NCBI GenBank assembly: GCA_044220955.1
Contig: JBGAQA010000047.1
Location: 1 to 48,884 of the forward strand
DNA from: Sandaracinaceae bacterium
GTDB lineage: Bacteria > Myxococcota_A > Polyangia > Polyangiales > Sandaracinaceae
Direction: 5' to 3'
Length of the DNA stretch: 48,884 nucleotides
In this document: positions 19,802 to 30,000 of the stretch, one piece after another
How positions within the stretch are numbered: the stretch's first letter is position 1
Layout of the letters: each line of letters opens with the position of its first letter
Translations under genes and position numbers: made by a program
Notes under the pieces: model-generated
Told to the model about the DNA's origin: nothing
Seen by the model: only the letters and a program-made list of their open reading frames with translations
The model's database searches: none

Positions 19802-21397
19802 ATGTCGGCACGTGCGTCGTTGGCTTGCGCGCTCTGGGTGGTCGTCGGCGTGGCGTGCTCGAGCGAGACGAGCGCCGGTTCGGACACGGGCGTGCCGCCA
19901 GCCGACACGGGCGTGCCGCCAGCCGACACGGGCGTGCCGCCGGCCGACACGGGCGTGCCGCCAGCCGACACCGGCGTCCCACCGCCCGACGCTGGACCCG
20001 GCTGCGGCGACGGCACGCGAACCGCGCCGGAGCAGTGCGACGACGGAAACACCCGAGCCGGCGACGGATGCGACGCGACGTGCATGCTCGAGCTCTCGAG
20101 CCGCTGCGGCGACGGCGTCGTCGACCGGACGATGGGTGAGCAGTGCGACGACGGCGGCACCGCGCCCGGCGACGGCTGCGACGCGGTCTGCCGCCTCGAG
20201 GCGCCCGTGACCTGCGGCAACGGAGCCTGGGAGATCGCCGCGAGCGAGGAGTGCGACGACGGCAACACGCGCTCGGGCGACGGCTGCGACGCGGCTTGCC
20301 AGCTCGAGCCTTCGAGCCCGCTCTGCGGGAACGGCACGACGGACCCTGGCGAGCGCTGCGACGACGGCAACACGAGCGGCGGCGACGCGTGCAATCCGAC
20401 GTGCAACCTGACCGACACCGTCACGACGTTCGCGGGCTCGTCCGGGACGATCGGGCGCGCCGACGGGACGGGAGCGGCCGCGAGCTTCACGTCGAGCGGC
20501 GTGTTGACCACCGACGCGCAGTACCTCTGGATGGCCGAGCAGCCCGGCATGGGCGGCACGCCGGGCGCGGTGCTGCGTCGGATCGAGATCGCGACGGCGA
20601 TGGTCACCACGATCGCCCCGATCGGCGGCTCGGGCGGCATCGCCACCAACGGCGTCGACACCGTCTGGGTCGCGGGAGGCAACGTGATCCAGTCGATCGC
20701 GACCGCGCCTCCCCACACCGTCACGACGATCCACTCGGGCATGGCGGCCACCAACGCGGCGACGTTCCACGACGGCGCGCCGGGGACGGCGAGCTTCGCC
20801 GACGTGCGCGGACTGACGTGGTTCGGCGGCTACCTCTGGATCGTCGACACCGCGGCGGCCGTGATCCGGCGCCTCGATCCCGCGAGCGGCGACGTGACGA
20901 CGGTCGCCGGCATGCCGTACGCGACGGGGGGAGCCGATGGAACGGGGAGCGCGGCGCGCTTCACGAGCCCGCGCTACATCGTCTCGGACAACTCCGGCAT
21001 GCTCTACATCTCCGACACGAACGGGGAGACCCTCCGCGCGATGAACGCGACGACGTTCGCCGTGACGACCTTCGCCGGCGTGCGCGGAATGCGGATGTAC
21101 CTCGATGGAGTCGGCACGGCGGCGCGGATCTTCCGACCACGCGGGATCACCGCTGACGGAGGCAGCATCTACTTCGTCGAGTTCGACGCGCACACCGTCC
21201 GTCAGGGCGTGCTCGCGAGCGGATCCGTCACGACCCTCGCGGGGATGGTCGACACGGCCCCGATGTCGACGGGCGGCTACGTCGACGCCGTCGGTGTCGC
21301 GGCCGCGTTCGCGAGCCCCTGGGGCATCGCGTACCACCACCCGAGCCACTCGCTCTTCGTGTCCGACGCCAACCACGTGATCCGGCGCATCCAGTAG
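19802..21397 (+). CDS. Lipoprotein with Myxococcales Cys-rich (DUF4215-type) repeats and NHL-repeat propeller
   Basis: GVAC lipobox; four CG(D/N)G...E.CDDG...GD.C...C units; ADGTG.AA.F / PRGI / PWGI NHL motifs; GGGAGG RBS. Confidence 0.88.
   Translation: MSARASLACALWVVVGVACSSETSAGSDTGVPPADTGVPPADTGVPPADTGVPPADTGVPPPDAGPGCGDGTRTAPEQCDDGNTRAGDGCDATCMLELSSRCGDGVVDRTMGEQCDDGGTAPGDGCDAVCRLEAPVTCGNGAWEIAASEECDDGNTRSGDGCDAACQLEPSSPLCGNGTTDPGERCDDGNTSGGDACNPTCNLTDTVTTFAGSSGTIGRADGTGAAASFTSSGVLTTDAQYLWMAEQPGMGGTPGAVLRRIEIATAMVTTIAPIGGSGGIATNGVDTVWVAGGNVIQSIATAPPHTVTTIHSGMAATNAATFHDGAPGTASFADVRGLTWFGGYLWIVDTAAAVIRRLDPASGDVTTVAGMPYATGGADGTGSAARFTSPRYIVSDNSGMLYISDTNGETLRAMNATTFAVTTFAGVRGMRMYLDGVGTAARIFRPRGITADGGSIYFVEFDAHTVRQGVLASGSVTTLAGMVDTAPMSTGGYVDAVGVAAAFASPWGIAYHHPSHSLFVSDANHVIRRIQ
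19883..19987 (+). repeat. Coding 21-bp tandem repeat x5 (DTGVPPA)
   Basis: GACACGGGCGTGCCGCCAGCC units, near-perfect, last one diverged. Confidence 0.95.
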
Positions 21398-21483
21398 GCC
21401 GCGGCGCGCGGGCGCGCCCTCGACCGTCCTTGACCCGTCCGGCCCGTTCCGAGACGCTGGTCGAGGGGCGAACCATCGTGGAC

Positions 21484-23688
21484 GTGGTCACGACAGCTCG
21501 AGGGCACCGGGCGCGGACCGCGATGGTCGCGCTGGTGACGGCGGTGCTGGTCGCGGCGTGCGAAGCGCCGCCGGCGCCGATGACGACGTCGGACGCCGGT
21601 GTCGCGGTCGCGACCCTACCGGCCGCGCCCGTGCTCGGGCCCTGCCCGCGCGGCTGGCGCGAGGTGACCGAGGAGTCGGGGCTCGTCAGCTGCGATCCCT
21701 GGCCGACGAGCGGACGGGCGGACTGCGTGCTCGACGAGCTGCACGTGCCCGGCGGTGCGGGCTGCGAGCCCGCCGGCAGCGCGTGCCCGCCCGACGGCTG
21801 GCCCGCGGCGTTGCCCACCGACCGGCCGATCGTCTACGTCGACGACGACGCGGCCCCGGGCGGGGACGGATCGAGCCGAGGGAGCGCCCTCACGACGCTC
21901 GGGGACGCCACGCTCGTTGCACCGGCGGGCGCCGTGATCGCAGTGGCCGGCGGCTCGTACGACGGTGCGATCACCCTGAGGGACGGACAGTCCCTCGTGG
22001 GCGCATGCGCCGCGCGCACGGTGCTCACGGCGAGCGCCCCGAGCAGCGGGAGCGGCGTGCTGACGAGCGGCGCGAGCGGCGTGTCGATCCGCGATGTCTC
22101 GATCGTCGACGCGGCGCGCCCAGGCATCGTCGTGACCGGGGGCGACACGACGCTCGACGGCGTCGTCGTGCGCGGCGCGCAGCTCGTCGGGCTCTACGTG
22201 GCGTCGGGCACGTTGACCGGGCACGGCGTCGTCGTCGCTTCGGTGCGCGCCATCGCCTCGGGCGGCGGTCGTGGGGTGCAGGTCCAGGACGGCGCACAGG
22301 TCACGCTCTCGCACGTCGCGGTCACCATGGCGCAGGAGGCGGGCATCGCGGTCGTCGGTGCCGGCACGCGGCTCGACGCGTCCGACCTCGCCGTCGTCTC
22401 GATCGAGCCCGGCACGACCGGAGAGGGAGGCATCGGCGTGCTCGTCGACGACCACGCGACGCTCGTCCTGGCTCGCGCGGCGATCGAGCAAGCGACGAAG
22501 GACGGTCTCTTCGTGCTCGGCGGCGCGTCAGCCGACCTCGAGGACGCGCGGATCGCCGAGACCCGCCTCGATCCGGCAGGCGAGCTCGGCGACGGCATGC
22601 ACGTCGAGGACGCGACGCTGACCGTCCGCCGCGTCGTCGTGACGCACAGCCACGCGCTCGGTGTGTTCGCCGCGGGGCCCCTCGCCACGCTGGACGCCAC
22701 GGGGCTCGTGGTCCGCGACACGGTGCCGCTTCCGGACGGCACCGAGGGACGTGGGATCGAGGTCGGCTCCGGGGCCGGCGCGACGCTGCGCGGTGTGCGG
22801 CTCGAGCGGAACGCCGAGATCTCGCTCTTCGTGAGCGGCGCCGGCACCCACGCGACGGCCGAAGATCTCGCGGTCACGGGCACGCGCCCCTCGGCGACGG
22901 ATGGCGCAGGACGCGGCATCGGGGTGGAGGACGCCGCAGCGCTCTCGGTCACGCGCGCGAGCGTCGAGGGCTCGTACTCCACGGCAGTCTTCGCCTCGGT
23001 CGCGGGCACCTCGCTCGACGTGCAGCACCTCACGGTGCGCGACACGCGCGCGCCCGCCGACGGCAGCTCCGGTCGGGGAATCGCGGCGCAGAGCGGCGCG
23101 CACGTCGTCGTCGCACACGCGCTCGTCGAGGACTCGACGGAGGTGGGCCTGCTCTCGCTCCACGCCGGGACGCGCCTCGAGATCAGCGACTGCGTCGTAC
23201 GGCGCACGCGCCCCGACGGGGCCGGACGCCTCGGCATCGGCGCGTGGACCGAGCAGGGAGGCGAGCTCGTCCTCACGCGCACGCGGATCGAGGCCTCGCG
23301 CCTGATGGGCGCCGGAGCGTTCGGTGACTCGCGCCTCACGGCGCAGGAGCTGGTGATCGACGGCGTCGAGCCGAGCGCCTGCACGCCCGCCTGCGCCGAC
23401 ATGTCGGGAGGCTTCGGCATCGTCGCGTACGCAGGCGGCCAGGTCAGCGTGAGCGGCTTCGAGATCTCGAACGTCGCGCTCTGTGGCGCCCTCGTGAGCG
23501 ACGCGTTCGCGACGGGCAACGTCCCCGGCCTCGACCTGGCGCACGGCGTGGTGCGGCACGCCGACGTGGGCGCCTGCGTTCAGGTGCCGGGCTACGACGT
23601 CGAGCGGCTGCACGTGGACGTCGCGTACGAGGACGTGGGCGTGCCGCTGCAGGCGACCTCCTATCCGGTGCCCGACCCGCCGGGTTGA
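21484..23688 (+). CDS. Right-handed beta-helix (pectin-lyase-like fold) lipoprotein
   Basis: LVAAC lipobox; VYVDDDAAPGGDGS...VIAVAGGSY cap; repeated GRGI.V..GA...L strands. Start uncertain (GTG 21484 or ATG 21523). Confidence 0.78.
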   Translation: MVTTARGHRARTAMVALVTAVLVAACEAPPAPMTTSDAGVAVATLPAAPVLGPCPRGWREVTEESGLVSCDPWPTSGRADCVLDELHVPGGAGCEPAGSACPPDGWPAALPTDRPIVYVDDDAAPGGDGSSRGSALTTLGDATLVAPAGAVIAVAGGSYDGAITLRDGQSLVGACAARTVLTASAPSSGSGVLTSGASGVSIRDVSIVDAARPGIVVTGGDTTLDGVVVRGAQLVGLYVASGTLTGHGVVVASVRAIASGGGRGVQVQDGAQVTLSHVAVTMAQEAGIAVVGAGTRLDASDLAVVSIEPGTTGEGGIGVLVDDHATLVLARAAIEQATKDGLFVLGGASADLEDARIAETRLDPAGELGDGMHVEDATLTVRRVVVTHSHALGVFAAGPLATLDATGLVVRDTVPLPDGTEGRGIEVGSGAGATLRGVRLERNAEISLFVSGAGTHATAEDLAVTGTRPSATDGAGRGIGVEDAAALSVTRASVEGSYSTAVFASVAGTSLDVQHLTVRDTRAPADGSSGRGIAAQSGAHVVVAHALVEDSTEVGLLSLHAGTRLEISDCVVRRTRPDGAGRLGIGAWTEQGGELVLTRTRIEASRLMGAGAFGDSRLTAQELVIDGVEPSACTPACADMSGGFGIVAYAGGQVSVSGFEISNVALCGALVSDAFATGNVPGLDLAHGVVRHADVGACVQVPGYDVERLHVDVAYEDVGVPLQATSYPVPDPPG

Positions 23689-23751
23689 CGCCCGCGCACC
23701 GCGACCACCGACCCGCAGCCGGACGCTCGCCGATTCCGACCTCTTGCGCCG

Positions 23752-23779
23752 ACTGACCGAAATGGCATGTTCGGTCAGT
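23752..23779. promoter_or_regulatory. Palindromic operator, probably for the operon-encoded TetR
   Basis: Perfect inverted repeat ACTGACCGAA-N8-TTCGGTCAGT, directly after TTGCGC (23744-23749) and 19 nt before ATG 23799. Confidence 0.75.
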
Positions 23780-23798
23780 TCGCTCAGCGGAGGGTCGG

Positions 23799-24578
23799 AT
23801 GAGCCACGCCTCGGTTCGGATCGCCGTCCTCATCCTGGCCCTCGTCGCGGCACGCGCCGGCGCTCAGGCCACGCCGCCGACCGCGTCCGCCACGCCGCCG
23901 ACGCTCGAGGCGATCACCACGCACCTCGACCAGCTCTTCCGGTCGAGCGGGACGATCTCGCGCATGGAGATCACGATGGTCACGCCGCGACAGACGCGGA
24001 CGATGCGGGTGCGCAGCTGGGCCCGTGGGACCGATCGCGCCCTGATCGTGATCGAGCAGCCCGCGCGCGACGAGGGGACGGCCACGCTGCGCGTCGACCG
24101 GAGCCTGTGGAACTACATGCCGCGCATCTCGCGGACGATCCGTGTCCCGCCCTCGATGATGCAGTCGAGCTGGATGGGCAGCGACCTCACGAACGACGAC
24201 CTCACGCAGTCGACCTCGTACCGCCGTGACTTCGACGGGGCCGTCGTCGGGCACAGCGAGTCGCCGGCCGGGTGGCTGATCCGCTACGAGGCGCACGAGG
24301 GTGTCGTCGGGCTCTGGCGCCGCATCGAGTTCGTCGTGGACGAGACGGGCACGCTGCCGCTCGTCGCGCGTCACTACGATCGCCGCCTCGAGCTCGCCCG
24401 CGTCATGCACTTCGAGGACGTGCGCGAGATGGACGGGCGCCGCATCCCCACGCGCATGGTGCTCGAGCCCCAGGATCAGGAGGGGCATCGCACCGAGATG
24501 CGCTACCTGAGCGTGGACTTCGACGCCGACGTGCCCGAGAGCACGTTCTCGCTCACCGAGCTCGAGCAGCGGCGCTGA
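23799..24578 (+). CDS. LolA-like 'outer membrane lipoprotein-sorting' protein
   Basis: Signal peptide; PARDEGTATL, LWNYMPRISRTIRVPPSMMQSSWMGSDLTNDDL, IPTRM, FSLTEL. Confidence 0.88.
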   Translation: MSHASVRIAVLILALVAARAGAQATPPTASATPPTLEAITTHLDQLFRSSGTISRMEITMVTPRQTRTMRVRSWARGTDRALIVIEQPARDEGTATLRVDRSLWNYMPRISRTIRVPPSMMQSSWMGSDLTNDDLTQSTSYRRDFDGAVVGHSESPAGWLIRYEAHEGVVGLWRRIEFVVDETGTLPLVARHYDRRLELARVMHFEDVREMDGRRIPTRMVLEPQDQEGHRTEMRYLSVDFDADVPESTFSLTELEQRR

Positions 24579-24580
24579 TC

Positions 24581-25804
24581 GTGGGGAGCACACCTCGTAT
24601 CGCCTGGCGCAACCTCGGCCGGAGCGGCCGGCGCACGGCCATCGCGCTCGCCGCCATCGCCATCGCGCAGACCGGCGTGCTGGCGATCAACGGGTTCCTC
24701 AACGGACGCAACGAGTGGATGATCGACGCCGTCACGGGTCCGCTGATCGGCCACGCGCAGGTGCATGCGCCGGGCTGGCGCGAGGAGCAGGCGCCGGACC
24801 TCGCGATCGATGGGGTGGAGGAGCGCCTCGCGGCCATCCGCGGCACCGAGGGTGTCGCGCAGGCCTACGCGCGCATCTACGCCCCTGCCCTCGCCGCGCG
24901 CGAGGTCGACGGCCACGCCGTCGTGATCATCGGCGTGGACGTCGAGGTCGAGTCGGCGCACGGCGGGATGCTCGACGGGCTCGACCCCGCGTCGCGCCCG
25001 CACGCGCACACCGTGCTCGTGGGCTCGCGCCTCGCGCGCGAGGCGGGGATCGCCGTGGGCGACGAGCTCGCCATCCTCGGCCAGCGCGCCGACGGATCGA
25101 TCGCGAGCGATCTCTTGACGGTCGGCGGCGTGCTCACGACGCCGGTCGATCTGGTGAACCGCACGGGCATCGTCGTCCCGCTCGCGACCGCGCAGGACAC
25201 GTTCGGCATGGAGGACATGGCGCACGAGATCACCATCCGCGGAAGCGGCTCGGGCGAGGACGCGCCGGCGCTCGCTGCACGGGTCGGCGCGCTGCCTGCG
25301 CTCGAGGGCCTGGAGGTGCTCCCCTGGCGCGAGCTGGCGCCGGAGCTCTCCGCGGCGATCGAGACGACGGTCGTGGTCGGCTTCGTGGTGCTGCTGGTCG
25401 TGTTCATCGCGGCCGCCGCGGGCGTCGCGAACACGATGCTGATGGCGACCTTCGAGCGCCGGCGCGAGCTCGGGATGCTGCTCTCGCTCGGGACGACCCC
25501 CGCGCGGCTGGTCGCGATGATCCTCCTGGAAGCCGTGGCGCTCGGCCTCTCGGGCGTGACGATCGGCAGCGTCGTCGGCGGCGCGTTCGTGCTCTACCTC
25601 GGGCACACCGGCGTCGAGGTGCTCGACCGCGGCACGGAGATCGCCGCGTTCGGTGTGAGCTTCAGCGGCGCGCTCCACCCCTTCCTGCGCGCAGGCGACG
25701 TCGTGGCCGGCTTCGTCGGGGTCACCATCGTGTCGATCGCCTCCGCGCTCTGGCCGGCGCTGATCACGGCGCGCCTCGAGCCGATGGAGGCGATGCGCTC
25801 GTGA
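24581..25804 (+). CDS. ABC transporter permease (LolC/E-FtsX/MacB type)
   Basis: IAWRNLGRSGRRT; NTMLMATFERRRELGMLLSLG; PALITARLEPMEAMR. Confidence 0.92.
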   Translation: MGSTPRIAWRNLGRSGRRTAIALAAIAIAQTGVLAINGFLNGRNEWMIDAVTGPLIGHAQVHAPGWREEQAPDLAIDGVEERLAAIRGTEGVAQAYARIYAPALAAREVDGHAVVIIGVDVEVESAHGGMLDGLDPASRPHAHTVLVGSRLAREAGIAVGDELAILGQRADGSIASDLLTVGGVLTTPVDLVNRTGIVVPLATAQDTFGMEDMAHEITIRGSGSGEDAPALAARVGALPALEGLEVLPWRELAPELSAAIETTVVVGFVVLLVVFIAAAAGVANTMLMATFERRRELGMLLSLGTTPARLVAMILLEAVALGLSGVTIGSVVGGAFVLYLGHTGVEVLDRGTEIAAFGVSFSGALHPFLRAGDVVAGFVGVTIVSIASALWPALITARLEPMEAMRS

Positions 25805-27045
25805 TCGGCGGCACCTCCACGCGCTATGCGCTGCGCAGCCTGCGCCGGAACTTCCGCCGGACGCTCCTCTCGGTCGTGGGGCTCGCGTTCGGCGTCGGGA
25901 TCGGCCTCGTCTCTCTCTCGTGGATCGGCGGGCAGGACGCGATGAGCATCAACGCGCTCGCGGGCGGCGGCCTCGGTCATGTGCGGATCGCGCCCGCCGG
26001 CTGGAACGAGCGGCGCGACGAGGCGCTGCGCCTGGCGAGCGGAGAGGGCACGCTCGAGCGCGTGCGCGCGCTCCCCGGCGTGGCGGTCGCGACCCCGCGC
26101 GCGCGCGTGGGCGGCCTGCTCGGGCTCGGCACGCGCGCCTCGCACGTGATGCTCACCGGCGTGGACTCCGAGACCGAGCCGCGCGCGCTCCGCTACCTGC
26201 GCGGCCTCACGGAGGGCCGCTACCTGAACGCCGGGGAAGAAGGCGCGATCGTCATCGGGCGCACGATCGCCGAGCGCCTGCACGCCCGCGTGGACGACGA
26301 GCTGGTGGTGACGGCCGTCGACGCGTCGGGCGAGATGCAGAGCGCGCTCCTGGTCGTGGTCGGGATCGTCGCGACGGGCAGCCGGCCCATCGACGCCTCG
26401 ATCGCGCACGTCTCGCTCGCCGACGTCGCGCGCCTCTCCGGGCGGCCCGGCTACGGCGAGATCACGATCCTGCTCGACGACGTGGCGACGCTCGACGCGA
26501 GCCGGGGCGCGATCGCCGCGCGGACCGCGCCCGGCGACGACACGCTCACGTGGCTCGAGGTGTCGCCCGAGTTCCGCAGCCGCATCCGCAGCGGCCGCGT
26601 GTTCACCGACTTCGCGATCACCGTGGTGCTCCTCGTGGTCCTGCTCGGCGTCGCGAGCGCGCAGCTCACCGGCGTGCTCGAGCGGCGCAAGGAGTTCGCC
26701 GTGCTCGCGGCGCTCGGCATGCGCGGCGCCGCGCTGGTGCGCGTCGTGGTCACCGAGGGCCTCTTCCTCGGGACCGCCGGCGCGCTCGCGGCGCTCGCGT
26801 GGGCCGGTCCGATCACGTACCGCTGGTCGACGGCCGGGGTCGACATCGCGTCGATGATAGAGAGCCGCGACGGCCTCGCGTTCGGCGGCGTGCTGATCGA
26901 CCCGATGTACTACCCCTCGTTCGGCGCGTGGATCGTCCCGGCCGCGCTCGGGCTCTCGCTCGTCGCGACCGTCCTCGCGTCCATCTACCCCGCCTGGTTC
27001 GCGTCCCGCACGGACCCGGCGGCCGCCCTGCGAGTCGATCGATGA
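25801..27045 (+). CDS. ABC transporter permease (LolC/E-FtsX/MacB type), second subunit
   Basis: ALRSLRRNFRRT; LERRKEFAVLAALG; YPAWFASRTDPAAALR; GTGA overlap with the previous gene. Confidence 0.92.
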   Translation: MIGGTSTRYALRSLRRNFRRTLLSVVGLAFGVGIGLVSLSWIGGQDAMSINALAGGGLGHVRIAPAGWNERRDEALRLASGEGTLERVRALPGVAVATPRARVGGLLGLGTRASHVMLTGVDSETEPRALRYLRGLTEGRYLNAGEEGAIVIGRTIAERLHARVDDELVVTAVDASGEMQSALLVVVGIVATGSRPIDASIAHVSLADVARLSGRPGYGEITILLDDVATLDASRGAIAARTAPGDDTLTWLEVSPEFRSRIRSGRVFTDFAITVVLLVVLLGVASAQLTGVLERRKEFAVLAALGMRGAALVRVVVTEGLFLGTAGALAALAWAGPITYRWSTAGVDIASMIESRDGLAFGGVLIDPMYYPSFGAWIVPAALGLSLVATVLASIYPAWFASRTDPAAALRVDR

Positions 27046-27758
27046 CCGAGACACCCTCCCCTTCCGTGCTCGCGACCGCGACCGACGTCGAGAAGACGTT
27101 CCGGACCGGCGACCTCGAGGTGCCCGCGCTGCGCGGCCTCTCGCTCGAGGTCCGCGAGGGCGACTTCATGGCGCTCGTGGGGCCGAGCGGGAGCGGCAAG
27201 ACGACGCTGCTCAACCTGCTCGGCGCGCTGGACCGGCCGACGCGCGGCGAGGTCGTGGTGCTCGGGCGCGAGCTGAGCGCCCTCGGCAAGAGCGAGCGCG
27301 CGCGCCTGAGGCTCGAGAAACTCGGTTTCGTCTTCCAGGCCTACAACCTCGTGCCGGTGCTCACCGCCGCGGAGAACGTCGAGTTCGTCCTCGAGCTGCA
27401 GGGGATGAGCGCGGGCGCGCGGCGCGAGCGTGCGCTCGGTGTGCTGAAGGATCTCGGCCTCGGCGATCTCGCCGATCGACGGCCGAGCGAGATGAGCGGC
27501 GGGCAGCAGCAGCGCGTGGCCGTCGCGCGCGCGATCGCCTCACGCCCGCAGCTGGTGCTCGCCGACGAGCCGACCGCGAACCTCGACACCAAGAGCGCCG
27601 AGCAGCTCATGGAGCTCATGGAGCGCCTGCACACCGAGCACGGCGCGACGTTCGTCTTCAGCACGCACGACCCGCGCATCGTCGCGCACGCGAACCGCGT
27701 CGTGACCCTCGAGGACGGCAAGATCGTCAGCGACGAGCGAAAGGGCGGCCGCGAATGA
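27042..27758 (+). CDS. ABC transporter ATP-binding protein (LolD-like)
   Basis: GPSGSGKT, GFVFQAYNL, MSGGQQQRVAVARA, LADEPTANLD, STHD; ATGA overlap. Confidence 0.95.
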   Translation: MTETPSPSVLATATDVEKTFRTGDLEVPALRGLSLEVREGDFMALVGPSGSGKTTLLNLLGALDRPTRGEVVVLGRELSALGKSERARLRLEKLGFVFQAYNLVPVLTAAENVEFVLELQGMSAGARRERALGVLKDLGLGDLADRRPSEMSGGQQQRVAVARAIASRPQLVLADEPTANLDTKSAEQLMELMERLHTEHGATFVFSTHDPRIVAHANRVVTLEDGKIVSDERKGGRE

Positions 27759-28462
27759 CGACGCGGCGCCAGATGCAGTTCTCGAAGGAGGAGGTCGACC
27801 GCCGCTTCCGGGAGATGCTGGGCGACGACGCGGATCAGTCCGCATCGGCCCGCAAGCGCCGTCGCATCCTGCGCGCCGCTTACGAGCTCTTCCTCACGCA
27901 CGGCTACCGCAAGACGAGCATCGACGACGTCGCGCGCAAGGCCGAGGTCGCCAAGGGCACCGTCTACCTCCACTTCGAGAACAAGGGGCAGCTGCTCATC
28001 CACGCCGTCGCCCTCGAGAAGTCCTCGATGAAGGGGCGCATCGGCCGCTTCTTCGACGGGACCATCGCGAAGGAAGAGCGCCTCCGCTACTGGATCGAGC
28101 TCGCGCTCACGGCGTCGCGTGACCTTCCGCTCGTCTCTCGCCTGCTCGCCGGCGACGCCGAGCTGGTGGCCGCGCTCGAGGACGCGGGGCACGCGGAGGC
28201 GGCGACGCGCATGGACGAGGGCGTCGAGATGGTGATGACCCTCGTCGAGGACGCGGTCCCGGGCCGGCTCGGCGAGGCCGAGAAGCGTCGCCGCGCGGAG
28301 GCCATCGTCTCGCTCGGCTTCGTGTCCACGAAGCTGCTCGACCACCTGCTCCCCGGCCGGACGATCGACCAGCTCGCCTCGACGCTCGCCGACATCGTCG
28401 TGCACGGGATCGGCGGGAGGCCCGGAGCGAAGAGGCGCGAGAAGAAGAAGGGCAGGAGGTAG
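27755..28462 (+). CDS. TetR/AcrR family regulator
   Basis: ILRAAYELFLTHGYRKTSIDDVARKAEVAKGTVYLHFENK. Confidence 0.95.
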   Translation: MTTRRQMQFSKEEVDRRFREMLGDDADQSASARKRRRILRAAYELFLTHGYRKTSIDDVARKAEVAKGTVYLHFENKGQLLIHAVALEKSSMKGRIGRFFDGTIAKEERLRYWIELALTASRDLPLVSRLLAGDAELVAALEDAGHAEAATRMDEGVEMVMTLVEDAVPGRLGEAEKRRRAEAIVSLGFVSTKLLDHLLPGRTIDQLASTLADIVVHGIGGRPGAKRREKKKGRR

Positions 28463-29748
28463 TGCGGCGCCCTGCGCCCGCTCTGGCCGCGCTCGCGGCG
28501 CTGCTCTGGCTCGCCCCCGAGCGCGTGGCCGCCCGCGACCTCTTCGAGAGCGACGACGGCGAGTACCGGCTGACGCTGCGGAGCGCGCTCAAGGGCAGCT
28601 GGCTGCTCGCCTTCCCGCCCGACGATCCGATGCGGATGGAGCAGATCGGCGGGGCCGCCCTCTTCCGCCTGCGCTTCGAGGTGAACGCGCGCGTCACGCA
28701 CTTCCTCACGATGCAGGTCGCCTACGAGCACCGGGCGCTCGCGTCGTCGGGCACCGGGATCGGCGTCGGCCTCTTGCCCGCCGCCTCGACGCCGCCCTTC
28801 CGGCTCAGCGCGCTCGACTGGGTGATCGTCGACGATGCGCCCACCTTCACGCACCGGCACGAGATCGACCGCGCCTACTTCGCGCTCCACCTGCCGGTGC
28901 TCGAGCTCACCGTCGGCCGTCAGCCGATCGGCCTCGGCCGCGGCGTGCTCTTCAGCGCGGTCGACTTCTTCTCGCCCTTCTCGCCTGCCGAGGTGGACCG
29001 CGAGTGGCGCCGCGGCGTCGACGCCGTGCACGCCGAGCTGCGCATCCCCGAGCTGCGCGAGCTCTCTGCCGACGTCATCGCCGTGTTCGGCAACGTCGAG
29101 GCCGGCTCGCTCGCGAGCTGGTCGGTGCTCGGCCGCATCCGGGCGATGATGGGCGACGTCGACGGCGAGGTGATCCTCGGCCGGCGCGGCGAGGACGACG
29201 TGCTCGGCGTCGCGCTCTCGGCGACGGTGGGCGACGCCGAGTTGCACGGCGAGTACGCGATGTTCGGCACCGACGGCCGCGGCATCGACGGCGGCTTCCT
29301 CGGCACGCACGCGGTCGCCGTGAAGGGGCTCGTCGGCGGCTCGTACAACGTCGACGTGCTGAACGGCGTGCGCCTGATCGCCGAGTACCACTACTCCGGC
29401 TTCGGCGTGGAGAACGTCGGCCGCGATCCCTCGATCCTGCTCGACGCGGCGTTCCGCGCCCGGCTCGCGCGCGGCGACAGCCAGATCCTCGGCCGCCACG
29501 CGCTCGCGCTCTCGATCTCGACCGACCTCGCGCCGGGCGAGCTCTCGTGGGCGCTCACCTACCTGCAGAGCCCCGTCGACGCCTCGGGGATGATCTCGAC
29601 GGGCTTCACGTGGATCCAGTCGGACGCGCTCACGCTCGTGCTCACCGGCGCGTTCCCCTGGGGCACCTCGCCGAGCGCCGGCATCCCGCGCAGCGAGTGG
29701 GGCAGCTCGCCGATCACGATCTTCCTGCAGGCGCGGATCTACGACTGA
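28462..29748 (+). CDS. Secreted protein, probable outer-membrane beta-barrel
   Basis: Signal peptide; IDRAY, TVGRQPIGLG, DREWRRGVDAV; C-terminal IFLQARIYD; start overlaps the TetR stop. Confidence 0.72.
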   Translation: MRRPAPALAALAALLWLAPERVAARDLFESDDGEYRLTLRSALKGSWLLAFPPDDPMRMEQIGGAALFRLRFEVNARVTHFLTMQVAYEHRALASSGTGIGVGLLPAASTPPFRLSALDWVIVDDAPTFTHRHEIDRAYFALHLPVLELTVGRQPIGLGRGVLFSAVDFFSPFSPAEVDREWRRGVDAVHAELRIPELRELSADVIAVFGNVEAGSLASWSVLGRIRAMMGDVDGEVILGRRGEDDVLGVALSATVGDAELHGEYAMFGTDGRGIDGGFLGTHAVAVKGLVGGSYNVDVLNGVRLIAEYHYSGFGVENVGRDPSILLDAAFRARLARGDSQILGRHALALSISTDLAPGELSWALTYLQSPVDASGMISTGFTWIQSDALTLVLTGAFPWGTSPSAGIPRSEWGSSPITIFLQARIYD

Positions 29749-30000
29749 CGCGCGGCGCGCGCGACGAGCGCCTCGGACTCGGCGACGAAGGCAGCGACGT
29801 GCGCGGGCGTCATCGTCGGCCTCGGCAGGATCGCGTCGGCCTTCTGGTTGAACAAGGCGCCGCTGCGGTTCTCGAGCTCCGGCGCGAAGAGCAGCGGGAC
29901 CACCCGATCCGCGTACGTCGCGGGCGTGGGCGTGACGAGGCCGATCATCGCCTCGACGACGCGCTGCCGCAGCGTGCCCTCGCCGCCGAGCACGTGGCGC
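29739..30000 (-). pseudogene. C-terminal remnant of an SDR-like oxidoreductase
   Basis: HVLGGEGTLRQRVVEAMIG...YADRVVPLLFAPELENRSGALFNQK resembles SDR C-terminal tails; no Rossmann N-terminus fits upstream. Confidence 0.45.

Noticed and set aside
19883..19987. Regular direct repeats as a possible CRISPR array
   Set aside because: Contiguous 21-bp coding units without spacers; no cas genes in the window.
23799..27758. Assigning lolA/lolC/lolD/lolE symbols
   Set aside because: Family-level similarity only; linkage to TetR and a barrel argues against the housekeeping Lol pathway.
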